NCBI GenBank assembly: GCA_011109175.1
Contig: RDEW01000028.1
Coordinates: forward strand, 640,413 to 674,373
Direction: 5' to 3'
Source: Dicyema japonicum
Taxonomy: Eukaryota > Animalia > Dicyemida
Length of the DNA: 33,961 nt
The position numbers were made by a program, and so were the translations under genes. The notes beneath the pieces are model-generated. The model was not told the origin of the DNA and did not search any database. It saw only the letters and a list, made by a program, of their open reading frames with translations. Positions 21,600-32,559 of this stretch are shown here, in pieces (the first letter of the stretch is position 1; every line of letters begins with the position of its first letter).

Positions 21600-24500
21600 T
21601 TAGGTGATCTCAGTCACCCCAGTCGCGTCATCTGTATCTATTTTCCTCCATCGTGTTCAGTGTAGATCGAACTTCTCTCGCGCTTGCAAAGAAAATCAAT
21701 GTGGAACAGAATCAAATTTCTTTCATACGGATTTCCATCATTTTCGCACAACGGAAAAACTCCACTTCTGCGGATCAAATTTTCCATAGTAGGAGTTGCT
21801 TAGGAGCTCAGATCTTCTAATACAGCTAGTTTTTCGAGTTATCTCAGAAAAACGCCGTTTCGTTTGTCGATAAAGTCTTGTGATTGGGTTCGTCAAACTG
21901 AATATGGCGTTCAGTTTCTAGAGGTCCTCCATGAAAATCTTTTCATGCAGGTGATGAAGCATATCAGCCTGTTATAGATTACTCCCAGAATATTGACTGA
22001 ACGTGTGACAGGTATTGGCGTAGGTATAATTAAGATTTTAGGTTTCTCTTTGCTCCGGCCATTTGAGATAAATAAAATTCCCGTCAACATGACGACAGAT
22101 ATTATGTCGCGAGCGCTACTTGCAATATCGATTTTGAATTTTTTGAATTTTTTTGAATCTATGAAAATTGTTCTTTTGGATTAAAATTCTAATTTTTAGT
22201 AATATAAAATATTAATTTTATTGTATAAAATTAATATAAACTATTAATACTAATTTGAATTATTATGTCACGCTTGTTTGTTAAGACATCTGTTGAATAT
22301 GATAATCTCAAAATTATTCTGGAAGGAGGCTTACCTACTGATGTGCCTGCATATGCTATGTGCAGGATCCGAAAAAAGTCCAAGAGTTTCGTTCTTAAAG
22401 GAGGAAGAATGTATCTAAAAGACCCAGAAGGCGATAAATTGGTTATTGTTTCGGACAACGTTGAGGAAATGAAGTTTGTCGCTACTCAAATTCATGATTT
22501 AACACATTGTGGCCAAAACATCCTAGAAACATATTGTAAAGAACGATATTTATTGTGAAAAGAGATGTTATTCGCGATATTTTTTTTCATTGTGAGACAT
22601 GTCTTTTTGCCAGAAGTCTTAAGGAATATGATGAAGAAAATCATATAATTGCAACTCGGCCCAATGAGAGATTTCAAATAGATTCAATTGATCTTAAAAG
22701 GTATCAATTTTTTATATTCTCTAGGTTTAGCGAGCATAATAATGGTTATTCGTGGCTTTTAACGGCTATTGATATTTATTAAAAATATGCTGTTACAAAA
22801 AGCTTAAAGAAACAAAGTGGTTTGGAAGTTGCTGACAACCTTGAGGAAATATTCATGGATTATGGACTCTGTTTATATTTACAGTTGAACAATGGCTCCG
22901 AGTTTAAAAACTCACATGTCACTGCAATTTGCAAGAAATATAACATTATTCAAATTCATTCACGTCCAAACAACCCACGTAGTCAAGTTATACAATTGAA
23001 TTATTTTTTTATAGGAATTGTAGAAAGATTCAATCAGACAATGACTCGAACTTTGTCGAAGATGTTGTTTGATGATCCAAATAAATGTTGGAAAAAACAG
23101 ATTAAAAAAACTGTCCAATTTTATAATCTTAGTTATCATATTTCAACAGGTTTGTATGACCTTATATATAAATTAGGTGACAATCCGTTTCGTCGTTACA
23201 GAGGCATCAAAGGATTTAATCCAATTCTCCCTTATGTGGGGTACATTGAAAAAAATGATGAAGCAATTGTGAATGTTTTGAAAGTTAAGGGAAAATTTAG
23301 AAACTCAAATTGAAACAGAGATTCGTTAAATCAAATGGAGAGGCAGGTTATTATTTTTTTAACTATTTCATAGAATTTGACTTCATGCATTGTCTATTAG
23401 ATTTGAATTCCCCTTTTTGGTGTTCATTGCTCAAAATACTCATTCGAGTAAGGATATGAGGTTAGTTAATTACATTGACAACGTAGGTTTGCGTATAAAA
23501 AGACCATGGGACAATTCCCTCGCTGAAGTTATGTAAATTTGAATCTCCCTACAGTTAAAAAGTGAAAGTCGTAGATATATTGTCTAACAAGCGAATGACA
23601 CTTCAATCAAATGAGGGACATAGCGAGATCGTTTACATGATTCGCGTTAAAAAACTTAAAAAGAAGTGACTTACTTTTTCTTATAAACAAAATATTTTTT
23701 TTGAATTTTTTGTCTTAATTGAAACTTAAATGAATACAATCGTCTAACCTGGAATTTTTAATAGTTTAAAATATTGAAAATGAAGAGTTTTATTGTTGAA
23801 ATTAATTTTTTAATTATTTAGAATGCTTATCAGTATTATTAATAGTAAGATAATTTAAAAAATCAATTCAATTTTATAATTTTTAAAGCATAAGATAAAT
23901 CTTTATATAATTTTAGTTTCATGTTTTTTTGAGTAAACTGGTTTCTTTTACTGAGTTCGACTTGTGAGTGTCATAAGACTATTCGTTTAATTTCGAGGAA
24001 AAAAATCGATATTGCAAGTAGCGCATAGTTGCAGGTAGCGCTCGCGACATATTACAAAACGTTTGGATACTAACCACTCGTGTCCAATTTCAGTTGGACG
24101 TTGTTGGAGTATAATTAAGTCATCTGTATAGGATAACTAAAGGGAATCGTCGTAGGTAGGACATGAGGAACAGGTTGAAGAGGACTGAAGAGCACTGGGG
24201 TACTTTCTATTTAGTAATATCGATCTTAATCTGAAGTGGCCATAACAAACTCGTGTCGAAAGGAAGTTCGCTAGCCAAATGTTTCCTCGTCATTGTCGAA
24301 AATCTTATTGATAACAATAGGAACCATCGCTGTCCCTGTCAAGGATTTCAGAAGTATAATAAAAAAATGTCGGTAAAAACTTTCAGAATCCTGAGAAGTA
24401 GTCTTTGATTGTGACATTTGCTAGTGTCCATTCTTAGGATGTGACCAATCAGATTCTAATGTGCCTTTATAACTCGCAGGTTGAAGGGTCTTGTAGAGTA

Positions 24501-24950
24501 TCTTTCGATTCAGTCATAAGCGGAACATGACTTTCATCTGTGAAATGAATCGAGTAACCTTTTTTTCAAACTTTGAAAGTCCACTAATAGATGAGTAATT
24601 TCAGAAAGATTGGCATTACGAATCCTTCATACAGAAACGTCTTCCAATCAACTCTTCTGTCAGCTTGTTCACCAAGAATTTCCCTTATGTAATGTCTTCA
24701 GAATCCCAAAGGAGGGATATGAGTTTCTTGGTTTTCCCCATCTTCCGTCCGATTGTGACTCCTCCATCTATTTGACTTCAATAATTTCAATTTTTGAGAT
24801 CTCTATAGAAAAAAACCACTTTTTCAGTTGGTCTGAAGTAACCTCTTGTTATCGTTTAAGTGCTTATTATTGCTTGAGACAAAATCCACGTTTCTACTAT
24901 AGAACTTCCTCAACTCCCGTAAGGTTGATTCCAGATATAGCATGAATAGT
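21600..24950 (-). mobile_element. Degenerate APE-type LINE RT region interrupted by the Ginger element
   Basis: On the minus strand, the right flank has ISLL, WLANFLSTR, VPQ..VLFNLFL and YTDDLII, and the left flank continues with IPVTRSVNILGVIYN. The two halves join across 22105-24049. Confidence 0.7.
22105..24049 (+). mobile_element. Ginger2/Tdd-like integrase-type DNA transposon with TIRs, 5-bp TSD and intron-containing transposase
   Basis: Termini TGTCGCGAGCGCTAC...GTAGCGCTCGCGACA, with TATTA duplicated at 22100-22104 and 24050-24054. The transposase (22265 to about 23669) has H..H..CxxC, FQIDSIDL, LTAID, NGSEF, HSRPNNPRSQ-G-IVERFN and an SH3-like tail (VKVVDILSNKR..RVKKL). Introns: 22701-22724, 22987-23014, 23150-23176. 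It carries one stop (about 22780) and frameshifts. Confidence 0.92.
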
Positions 24951-25310
24951 ACTGGAAATAGTTTTTTTAGGCCCTAAGAGGGGGCTTCATATCTTCGCAT
25001 TGAAACAAAAAAATCTCATTTTGTAGGAGACAATTTGCGGTAACTATTTACCATAATTCTGACAAAAGACAAGTCACACAAAAGAGAGTTGTTTTTTGTG
25101 ACAAACGTTATAGTAAATTATAAATTTTTGCTGTGATCCCATTAACAACCCAGACGTTATAGTAAATTTAAACTCGAAGTTTTCTGTTGCGAAGGACTTG
25201 TAAAAATAAAGTAGAGCTGGGATATTAGAATAGGTGACTGACAGAGGGGATACTAAGAGTCAATAAATTAGCAACAAATTAAAGACAATATAAAATTGTT
25301 CAAATCAAAA

Positions 25311-26462
25311 TCAATCACTCTCATCACTACTACAATAAGAGACAAGACCATTCTGCTTAGGAGACACAGTCATCTCAGAAGAGTCAATGACAGCTTCACT
25401 GTTTATATTATTCTCAGGACAGATAACAACATCATCCGCAGTCTTCTGAGGAGAAATATCATTGATCACAGTTTTTTTACTACTTAAATTTCTAAGCAAT
25501 TTCTGAGAAGCTGACAGTTTAGACGTCTTTTTCCCGTCAAAATTAAGCGGCACCCCAAAGATACTTTTAGAGGTCCTCTTCGCTAAAGTAAACGAAAACC
25601 AGAACCCGAACTGGCGAACCTCCTGTTAAGATTCATGATTCCACTAGCTACAGCATAATCACCAGGAGACTCTGGGAGAAGTTTCACCACGTCAAAACAC
25701 TTATCTTGGGCAAATCTGGCATCCTTTTCTGAGGACATCTCCTCTTTGTTGCGCTCAGACTTCATTAATAAGATAGGCTTACTCTGAGTCTCTTCCTGGC
25801 GAGCGAATTAAGATCATAATCCACCGAAAACTTATCTTGATAGTCCTGGAGCTCCCCTAACTCGCTCTTCTTCTCCTTTGCCTTCATTTCATCCCCCACA
25901 TCGTGCTCAAGCTTGAACATGGCGTCTGTCAACAGCCTCTTCTTATCCTCCCTGTCTGAAAGTCAACCAAAACTCCACCCGTAGTCAAGATCTGATCAAA
26001 GTCCTCTGGGTTCCATCTCTCTTCCTTCCGCGATCCCCCAGAGTAAACGTCATAGTCCAGTTTCTGCTATTAGAAAGAGACCAACCTTCGGATTCGTTTG
26101 GATTTCGATCGTATTTCCGCACATGTGACACCACATCTTGAAACGGTAGATTGGTGTGGAGTAGTACATCCCTACTGTCCGTTTTTTGGTGTTAAATCTA
26201 ACTCCCATAGCGATATGTTGCTTGCATCCCCCGCACCAAAAGTCATACGGCATCTCTATTCTAAAAAAATTGGCTGAGCGGTGGTTTACCTAACTTGCTT
26301 TCCTGGTTCGCGTGGTTTTCTCTCCCGAAGATCTGGCTGATCCTTCCATCGACTTCTACGGATAAATCCGTTCAGGGTCCCCTTGGAAGGATCCCACTCT
26401 GGAGGGTAATATTTGTTGACGTTTTTCCGTTCAGCCTATTTAATAGCAACAAGACAAACCAT
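25311..26462 (-). CDS. CCDC130: CCDC130 (YJU2B) splicing-related protein, 6 introns of 22-29 nt, intact
   Basis: M|AERKNVNKYYPPEWDP, R|IEMPYDFWCGGCKQHIAMGVRFN, YSTPIYRFKMWCHMC, TNPK|KLDY, RKEERW, DAMFKLEH, DYDLNSLARKR and C-terminal LVSYCSSDESD*. All junctions are GT..AG and in frame. Confidence 0.96.
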
Positions 26463-27729
26463 ACAAGGACAGTTATTTTAAATTTTATTTAATGGATTAA
26501 AACTATTTCCAAAACAGTATGTTTTGAGATTATTTATTAATATTAAATATTTGTGAAATTATAATTTTTATTTAAAAAAACTAGTGGTCCTGCTATAATT
26601 TCGATTTCTATATTATTATTATTCACCTGTTAAGTCTAACCGCAGGAAGAAGCTTGGTGGGGACACGGAGATCACTTCATTTAGATGATACTTCTTGTGG
26701 TTATGGGGTTAATAAGTTGTTTCAATTTCTTTTGACTACTGGTCGTGGGACTCTTAACTATATTCCTGGAAGCTTTTTATAGGTGGTGTCCAGTGACAAA
26801 AAGCCAATAAAGAAGACCATTTAATATGGAGTACCCCAAATTATTATTAGAAACAAGAAATGTTTAGTCAGTCCTGTCTAACAAATCGATAAACTCATTA
26901 TGTTAATTTAGTAAGGGCATACAGTATGGGACAAGACAAGTTTAACTCGATAATGAAGTACCCATTCCAGATGTATGTGGACGTTCGTCAAAAGCACAAC
27001 TATGTCTTATATTATATATACGAATAAAAACAATGTCTACCAAGTCACTCACAATGCTGTATTAGCTCTAATTTTGTTATAATCTAGCAACCGAAGCTTC
27101 TACATGTTTCTTCGAGTGAAGGAAACCGGTGGCTAAAAGAACGTCACAACCAAGAGCGGACTCTCCCAGAGATCCATCAGGTGTATTTGGTTTTAATGTG
27201 GATCATCTGCTCGTGAAGAAAACTGCCTACAGTTGTAGCTAACAGACCCAACTTATTTTCCTTACTAAGACACTAACAAATAATTCGTTTGGTAGTGGCT
27301 ATGGGACAAGTGCCTAGCTACCGTTCTCTGATTTCTTTAAGTTCCTTGACTTCAGCTTCCTTACTAGTACAACAAGTGATTTAAGTTAAGATATTCAAAA
27401 ATATATATATTTGAGGCAAAACGAGGCCTTGATTAAGAAATGTCCATTCTTTGGCATTTAAATCTGTTAATAGTGAACCCGCGGTCACCACGTGGGTCTT
27501 AACGTTAATTGTACAAGATCGGGCAGGCAAAGTTGCCCACTATGCCTTTCAAGTACACTGATGACCACGGGATAAATCATCTTTTCTCGTGTCCTGCTCC
27601 ACCTTTTGTGTTTTCTCCGCATGGGATCAACCTTTTGGATCTCGGGGAACGTCCGCCATTGGTAGTTACGTTTTTGTTAGTCATCGATTTCTTAAAATAA
27701 AAGACTAATTCTGGTTAGTCTACTTTTTA

Positions 27730-29100
27730 ATATAGTTAAATTTATTAACCAAAAACCACCGTCATAGCCGAAATGATAAAATTCAGGTGATCCCGGCCTC
27801 TCTCAGCAGTCTACGCATCTATTCCTGGTGTTCAGACTGTGTCCAGCACATCTGCGTTCACGCACACGAATCTTCCGCCAGAAAATTTACCCAGTTGCAC
27901 TAATCATATTCTCAAAGCTTCTGGGCAGATTTTCCTTGCAAGAAAAACTTCTCTAGTACTTTCGCCGACTTTACCAAATGTTATGGATTTTGGTTGGGTT
28001 CGTCGCGGCTGTCGCCAAGAAACACATGCATACCCAATTGTAGGTTCAATGTACAGCTTGTAGAGGGTATCAAATTCATTTAGGCCGTTGGAGTCTCTTA
28101 TTTGAAGTCTCGTACAAGCCGTTACTACCTTTTAACGTGGGTTGAAAAGGTTAAGAAGATGTCGAAGGTAACTTCGAGGATCTTCTGGGTTTTGTTTTTC
28201 CGGACAGTTTTCCCGTCTAACTTGACGTAAACTAATAGCTTTCCCAGTCTTCTGTTTGATGTCTTTTGTTTAGTTTATCTTTTATGAATTCCTTTAATGT
28301 ATTAAGGTGTGAGACAGTTGATCTCCCCCCTTTGAAGCCATGCTGAAGCCTGGCGTCTGGAGGGAAGGGAAGATGAGTGTCATAACCAGTCGTTCTAGAA
28401 TTCTTGTCTGGACACACAAAAGCAAAACCGGTCTGAAGGAGCCGGGATCCTCCTTTAGTTTCCAAGGCTGCAGGATTGAATGAATAACAGATAGTTGTAA
28501 GGGTGGAAAGTTCAATAAAGACGAATCAACGTATTTACCAAATCCTGTCCAGTCAGCATTAATATAGTCATAATTTAACATATGTTTTTGTCTGAGTTGA
28601 TGATCTAATAAAAATGGGGTCAGGCTAGCAAATAAGAGGTGCAAGTCGTGGTGAACAAATAGTAATATCCGGCAATGTGACAGAATCTTTGTCATTGTAC
28701 GGGGTTCGTGTATTAATCTTTTGGACAGAATTAGATTGCCCCTTGTGTCTGGAGGTTATTTCCCATTCCACGAAGAGTGTTTGGTGTTCCCTTGACACCA
28801 GCAAGTTTTCCACATTATCGAGGTCAGATAAATCCGCGAAAAATCCCTTGGCACAGGATCCTGGAGGAGGGACTACGGAAGGGTTTTCGTTGAACAAAAT
28901 TTCATCCTGACAAGGGTCAGTAGACCCCCGTCGCTCTCAATACGTTAAATCCATAGAATTTTTGAGTATTGGCACTTCCGAAAGTTGGGTTTCTTGTAAG
29001 ATGAAGATATCGATCTTGTTACTCTCCAAGAACAACTTCAGCACCGCTGCTTTGCCTCTGACTCTATTCACGTTAAGAATCAGTAAATTCAACTCTATGG
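27730..29100 (-). mobile_element. Internally deleted APE-RT LINE relic
   Basis: The minus strand has LLILNVNRVRGKAAVLKLFLESNKIDIFILQET (APE N-terminus), NADWTGF, DPGSFRPVLLLCV..ILERLV, QHGFKGGRSTV and LYKLYIEPTIGYACVSW, with an AATAAA at about 27741-27746. Confidence 0.85.
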
Positions 29101-29418
29101 GTACAGAATTTCGTTCGAAATCGCCAGAAGTGAGGAGTCTTCACCAAAAAAACACTCGAACTTGGAAAAAGTGCCTTCCAGTGGGAACTCTTCTGGATGG
29201 TTGTTGAATAATGGTCCTTTTTGGATGTAATTTACGATTATCTCTGACACCACCAGAGATGGTGAACCACATGACGCACGCTCTGAGTTGACCAATTCCG
29301 GGTTAATAAAATAAATGACGCACGCTAAACAATATACTTGATTTTGATTAAACAACATAAATTTGATGATTTACTACATAAATAATCAAAAATACTAAAA
29401 TTTTAAAATATTTAAAAA

Positions 29419-29679
29419 GAGCATCTGGAGCCTGTTTTCCCGCTGAGAAGCCGAGAGGTCAAAACGGGCAAATACTCCTACCCGAGGATTTTTTGTTTGT
29501 TCCGCTAGCGGTTGAAACGTCTGGTTCACTTGCGCCTCGACGCTGGAATTCTTAAGTCGTCTGAAAATCCGATTTCTACACGCACAGGAGATCTCCATGA
29601 GCGCTGTTGGCTATTTTAGCGAATCTCGCACGCTATCTTGAAAGGGAATTGCCACGCAGTCAGGGCGGCCGCTGCATGA
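29419..29679 (+). mobile_element. CRE-like non-LTR retrotransposon, 3' fragment
   Basis: FLFVPLAVETSGSLAP, then frameshifts to TGDLHERCWLF*RISHAILKGNCHAVRAAAA*. Confidence 0.8.
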
Positions 29680-29793
29680 CCTTATTGGATATTTAGCTGA
29701 ATTATTTTTATTGTTAATTTAATTATCGATATTACTAAAATCAAATAATTTAAATATTTAAATTCATAAGCATTTTGTGGTTGAATAATTGAT

Positions 29794-30566
29794 ATGGACA
29801 AGCAATCAAAGAAGCAAGTATTAGTAGTTAATAATAAAGCTTGATAACATGATTGCCTTTATGGATAAGGAGGCTGATGAAAAAAGCGAAGAGATTAGAA
29901 TAAAAGTAAATATTGTAATGATTTTAGGCTCAAGAAGAATTTAACATAGAGAAGGGTAAACTGTTTTTACAGAAGAAGAATAAAATAACTGAGTATTACA
30001 CTAAGAAGGAGAAGGAACTCAACCAAAAGCATAGAATGTAATAAATGTGATAATATTAGTTCAAATTCAAATTTACTAAATCAAGCTCGTTTGGAGTACT
30101 TAAAGTCCCAGGAGGAGCACATCAAGTCAGTAATGGAAGATGCTAGAGAGGAAATTCTGAATATTACCAGAGATGAAGTGAAATACGAAGAACTGTTGGT
30201 TGGACTTATTTTGAATGCATTGGAGATGTTGTCGGAACGTGAAGTTTGCATTCGATGCAGAGATAAGGATTTTGAGATAGTAAAGGTTATGCACGTGTAT
30301 GTATGTTAGAGGGCTTATGTGAAGGCTTGTCAGAATTATTATGATATGACTGGAAAGTCTGTTGAATGTCATTGTGATGTTAATCATCCCATTAATTGGT
30401 CTGTTCTCTTTTATATTATAGTTGTGGGGGTGTTGAAGTTCTTACTCCTGGTGGATCTATTCGTTGTGTTAATACTATTGACAGCAGACTTGAACAGACC
30501 TTCAATAAAGTGCTCTTTCTTCATATTTAGATGCTTCCTGATATTAAAAAGACACTCTTTGCTTAA
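29794..30566 (+). CDS. ATP6V1E: V-type proton ATPase V1 subunit E, 6 introns of 21-24 nt, intact
   Basis: MIAFMDKEADEKSEEI, KAQEEFNIEKGKL, SNLLNQARL, CGGVEV, NTIDSRLEQ, MLPDIKKTLF. Introns: 29818-29839, 29906-29927, 30038-30059, 30286-30309, 30399-30421, 30510-30530. Confidence 0.97.
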
Positions 30567-31264
30567 TAATACATAATATTAACTATTCTGGGGGTTGCCT
30601 ACTAATGCTTGTTATTAACAGTTTATTTATTAGTATATACTTGGAGGAGGTTACGTCTAATTAAGGTATGTCCGGCTCCCACAGGGGAGTGGGACACATC
30701 CTTCTTAAGCATCCACATCCTTCTTAAGTATCCACATCCGCCGCTATGTGAACTCTTCTAGTGTAGTATGGAATATAGGGATCTTCTAGGAGTGTCTATC
30801 AGACCCTGGACTTCACATAAGGCGTGTAGATCATACGGCTATTAGGATTTAAATAAGGCATAGAGGAGGAGGGAATTTTTAACGTTGATTCCTTGTTAAT
30901 TTATGACATTCTTAATAGGAGATGAGTTACTCCTTTACTATAATAAATTTATAGGTAAATTAACGTATTTACTTTGATCGAAGATATCGGGGAACATTAA
31001 TACCGCCGGTTGTCAAGATAACCTATTGAAGATTTAGCTAGGGACAGTTATTACTGTTTTTGTAATTTTAGGAAAGATATTTTATATGAAAGAGTTGGTT
31101 ATCTCTTAGGGTAGTTAGTTAATAACACTCATTTCCATAAACGAGGGTAGTGTCACGAAAAGTATAGCTATGAAAGAACTATTTGATGTAATTTCTCTAA
31201 TATTTTTGTTATAATAAGTTTTACCCTATATACATGGGCTTATTAGGATTACTATTTGGTTCAA

Positions 31265-31470
31265 GGTTGACGAGTGACGCCGTCATCAGTGCTTCATCAC
31301 TGCGGAACCGGATTGTCTGCTGTGACTCCCGAGAAAAACGAGAAGTCAAGAACATTTTCAATGTCTTAGATTAATTAGTTCTTACTTCTTTAATAAATTG
31401 TGAGTTCCGCCTAAGCTGAGGTTTAAGTAATGAAAACATTGCCAACTCCTTGGCGGCAGGGTTGTTGTTT
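31265..31470. repeat. Unassigned dispersed structured repeat, copy 3
   Basis: GGTTGACGAGTGACGCCGTCATCAGTG-CTTCAT-CACTG-CGGAACCGGATTGTC ... AAGTCAAGAAC ... AATAAATTGTGAGTTCCGCCTAAG ... AATGAAAACATT. Confidence 0.9.
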
Positions 31471-31799
31471 GTTTGCTTCAAAAATGAAAAATTCACAGCC
31501 AATATTCGAAAAAATTAGATTTATTAGTTTGCGAGAATAATCTACTTCCGCTTCTTCACGTCTACCGTCTGTATCCGTTCTTAAAAAATTCCTTGGTTCT
31601 CCATCTACGAGAGTGCAAGAATGTAATCCCTTCGGACTCCCTAGTATTCGCTTTTGGGATCTACTCATCCGTTTCACAATCAGAGATTAAAGAACGTCTG
31701 GTATCTAGACAACGCTGCCATTATTGGAGAACCGTGAAGGCAGAAGTCAGATCTCACACACCGCTCTCATTTATCGATCGGGAGGTAAGTGTTGATTTA

Positions 31800-32400
31800 A
31801 TTTTGGTTGAATAACTTCGAAAGTATTTGTGTAAAACAGACTTTCCAACACAACTGACTGGATGTAAGTTCTCGTTGCTTCTTCAACAGATAGCTTATCC
31901 ATTTCTAGAGACAACTCCATCCCAGGTCATAACCAATGGGTTAATCTTTACTTGACATTCGTAGATAAGCGAAACCTTACTTGCAAGGAGGTCGTACTTG
32001 TGACATTTTTCTACTTCCACCTGTTTTAGGCGATCATGATATGTAATTCCCACTTCGATTAGAACTCATTCTTGATCTTTTTATAAACGAAGATATCTGG
32101 TTTGTTGAAAAGTACTTTTGTTTCAGTCAGAGTCGAAGTATCGACTCTTATCTCAACATTCTGTGTGGATAGAATCGACTGAACTGAATGGTCCTTCAAC
32201 TTTCTAGCCTTTTTGATTCCTTATACTCTGAATAGATGGAGATGTAAGCATTTTACAACTTCGTTGAGCCCTCGAAGTAATCACTATTTAACATTCTACC
32301 ACTCTGAGTGGCCAATGATCAACAGTCTTCTTGTGTTCTTGCGATGGTTACATAATGTCCCCGACGTAAAAACGAAAAAATTCCTGTCTTGCTATTGATT
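31800..32400 (-). mobile_element. Degenerate 3' fragment related to the RLE retrotransposon at 12645-16051
   Basis: The minus strand has QDRNFF, DHLATQSGRML, NEVVKCLHL, NKPDIF, IEVGITYHDRLKQVEVEKCHKYDLL and PLVMTWDG, colinear with the intact element. It contains stops and frameshifts. Confidence 0.9.
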
Positions 32401-32559
32401 CACTTTTTGGGCCGATATTTTTTTATGATAACCATCCATTGGAAGTTTTTACACCAACTTTGGGTTCCTCATGCATCTGAAGACCACAGAATGTAATTTT
32501 TTACGATTTATTTTATCAAGCAAATATTGAGTCTGGGTGGTCTTGAGGGACTGAATATC

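Noticed and set aside
25100-25170. ACGTTATAGTAAATT direct repeat about 50 bp apart
   Set aside because: Short AT-rich local duplication with no further structure.
8175-27495. CCACGTGG palindrome at 8175, 17015 and 27488
   Set aside because: It was noticed post hoc, the flanks are unrelated and the positions relative to genes are inconsistent.
30695-30739. 19-bp tandem repeat (CACATCCTTCTTAAG(C/T)ATC), about 2.4 units
   Set aside because: Simple slippage duplication with no functional evidence.
31265-31317. Canonical hammerhead ribozyme in the three-copy repeat
   Set aside because: The minus strand has CTGATGA but no GAAA after stem II in any copy. The plus strand has TTGANGA..GGAAC..GTC with two core changes and no stem I. 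It is kept only as an unassigned structure.
31265-31470. CRISPR array or snRNA/snoRNA identity for the repeat
   Set aside because: The copies are 10-17 kb apart in a eukaryotic context. I found no U1/U2/U5/U6 signature and no properly placed C/D or Sm motifs.
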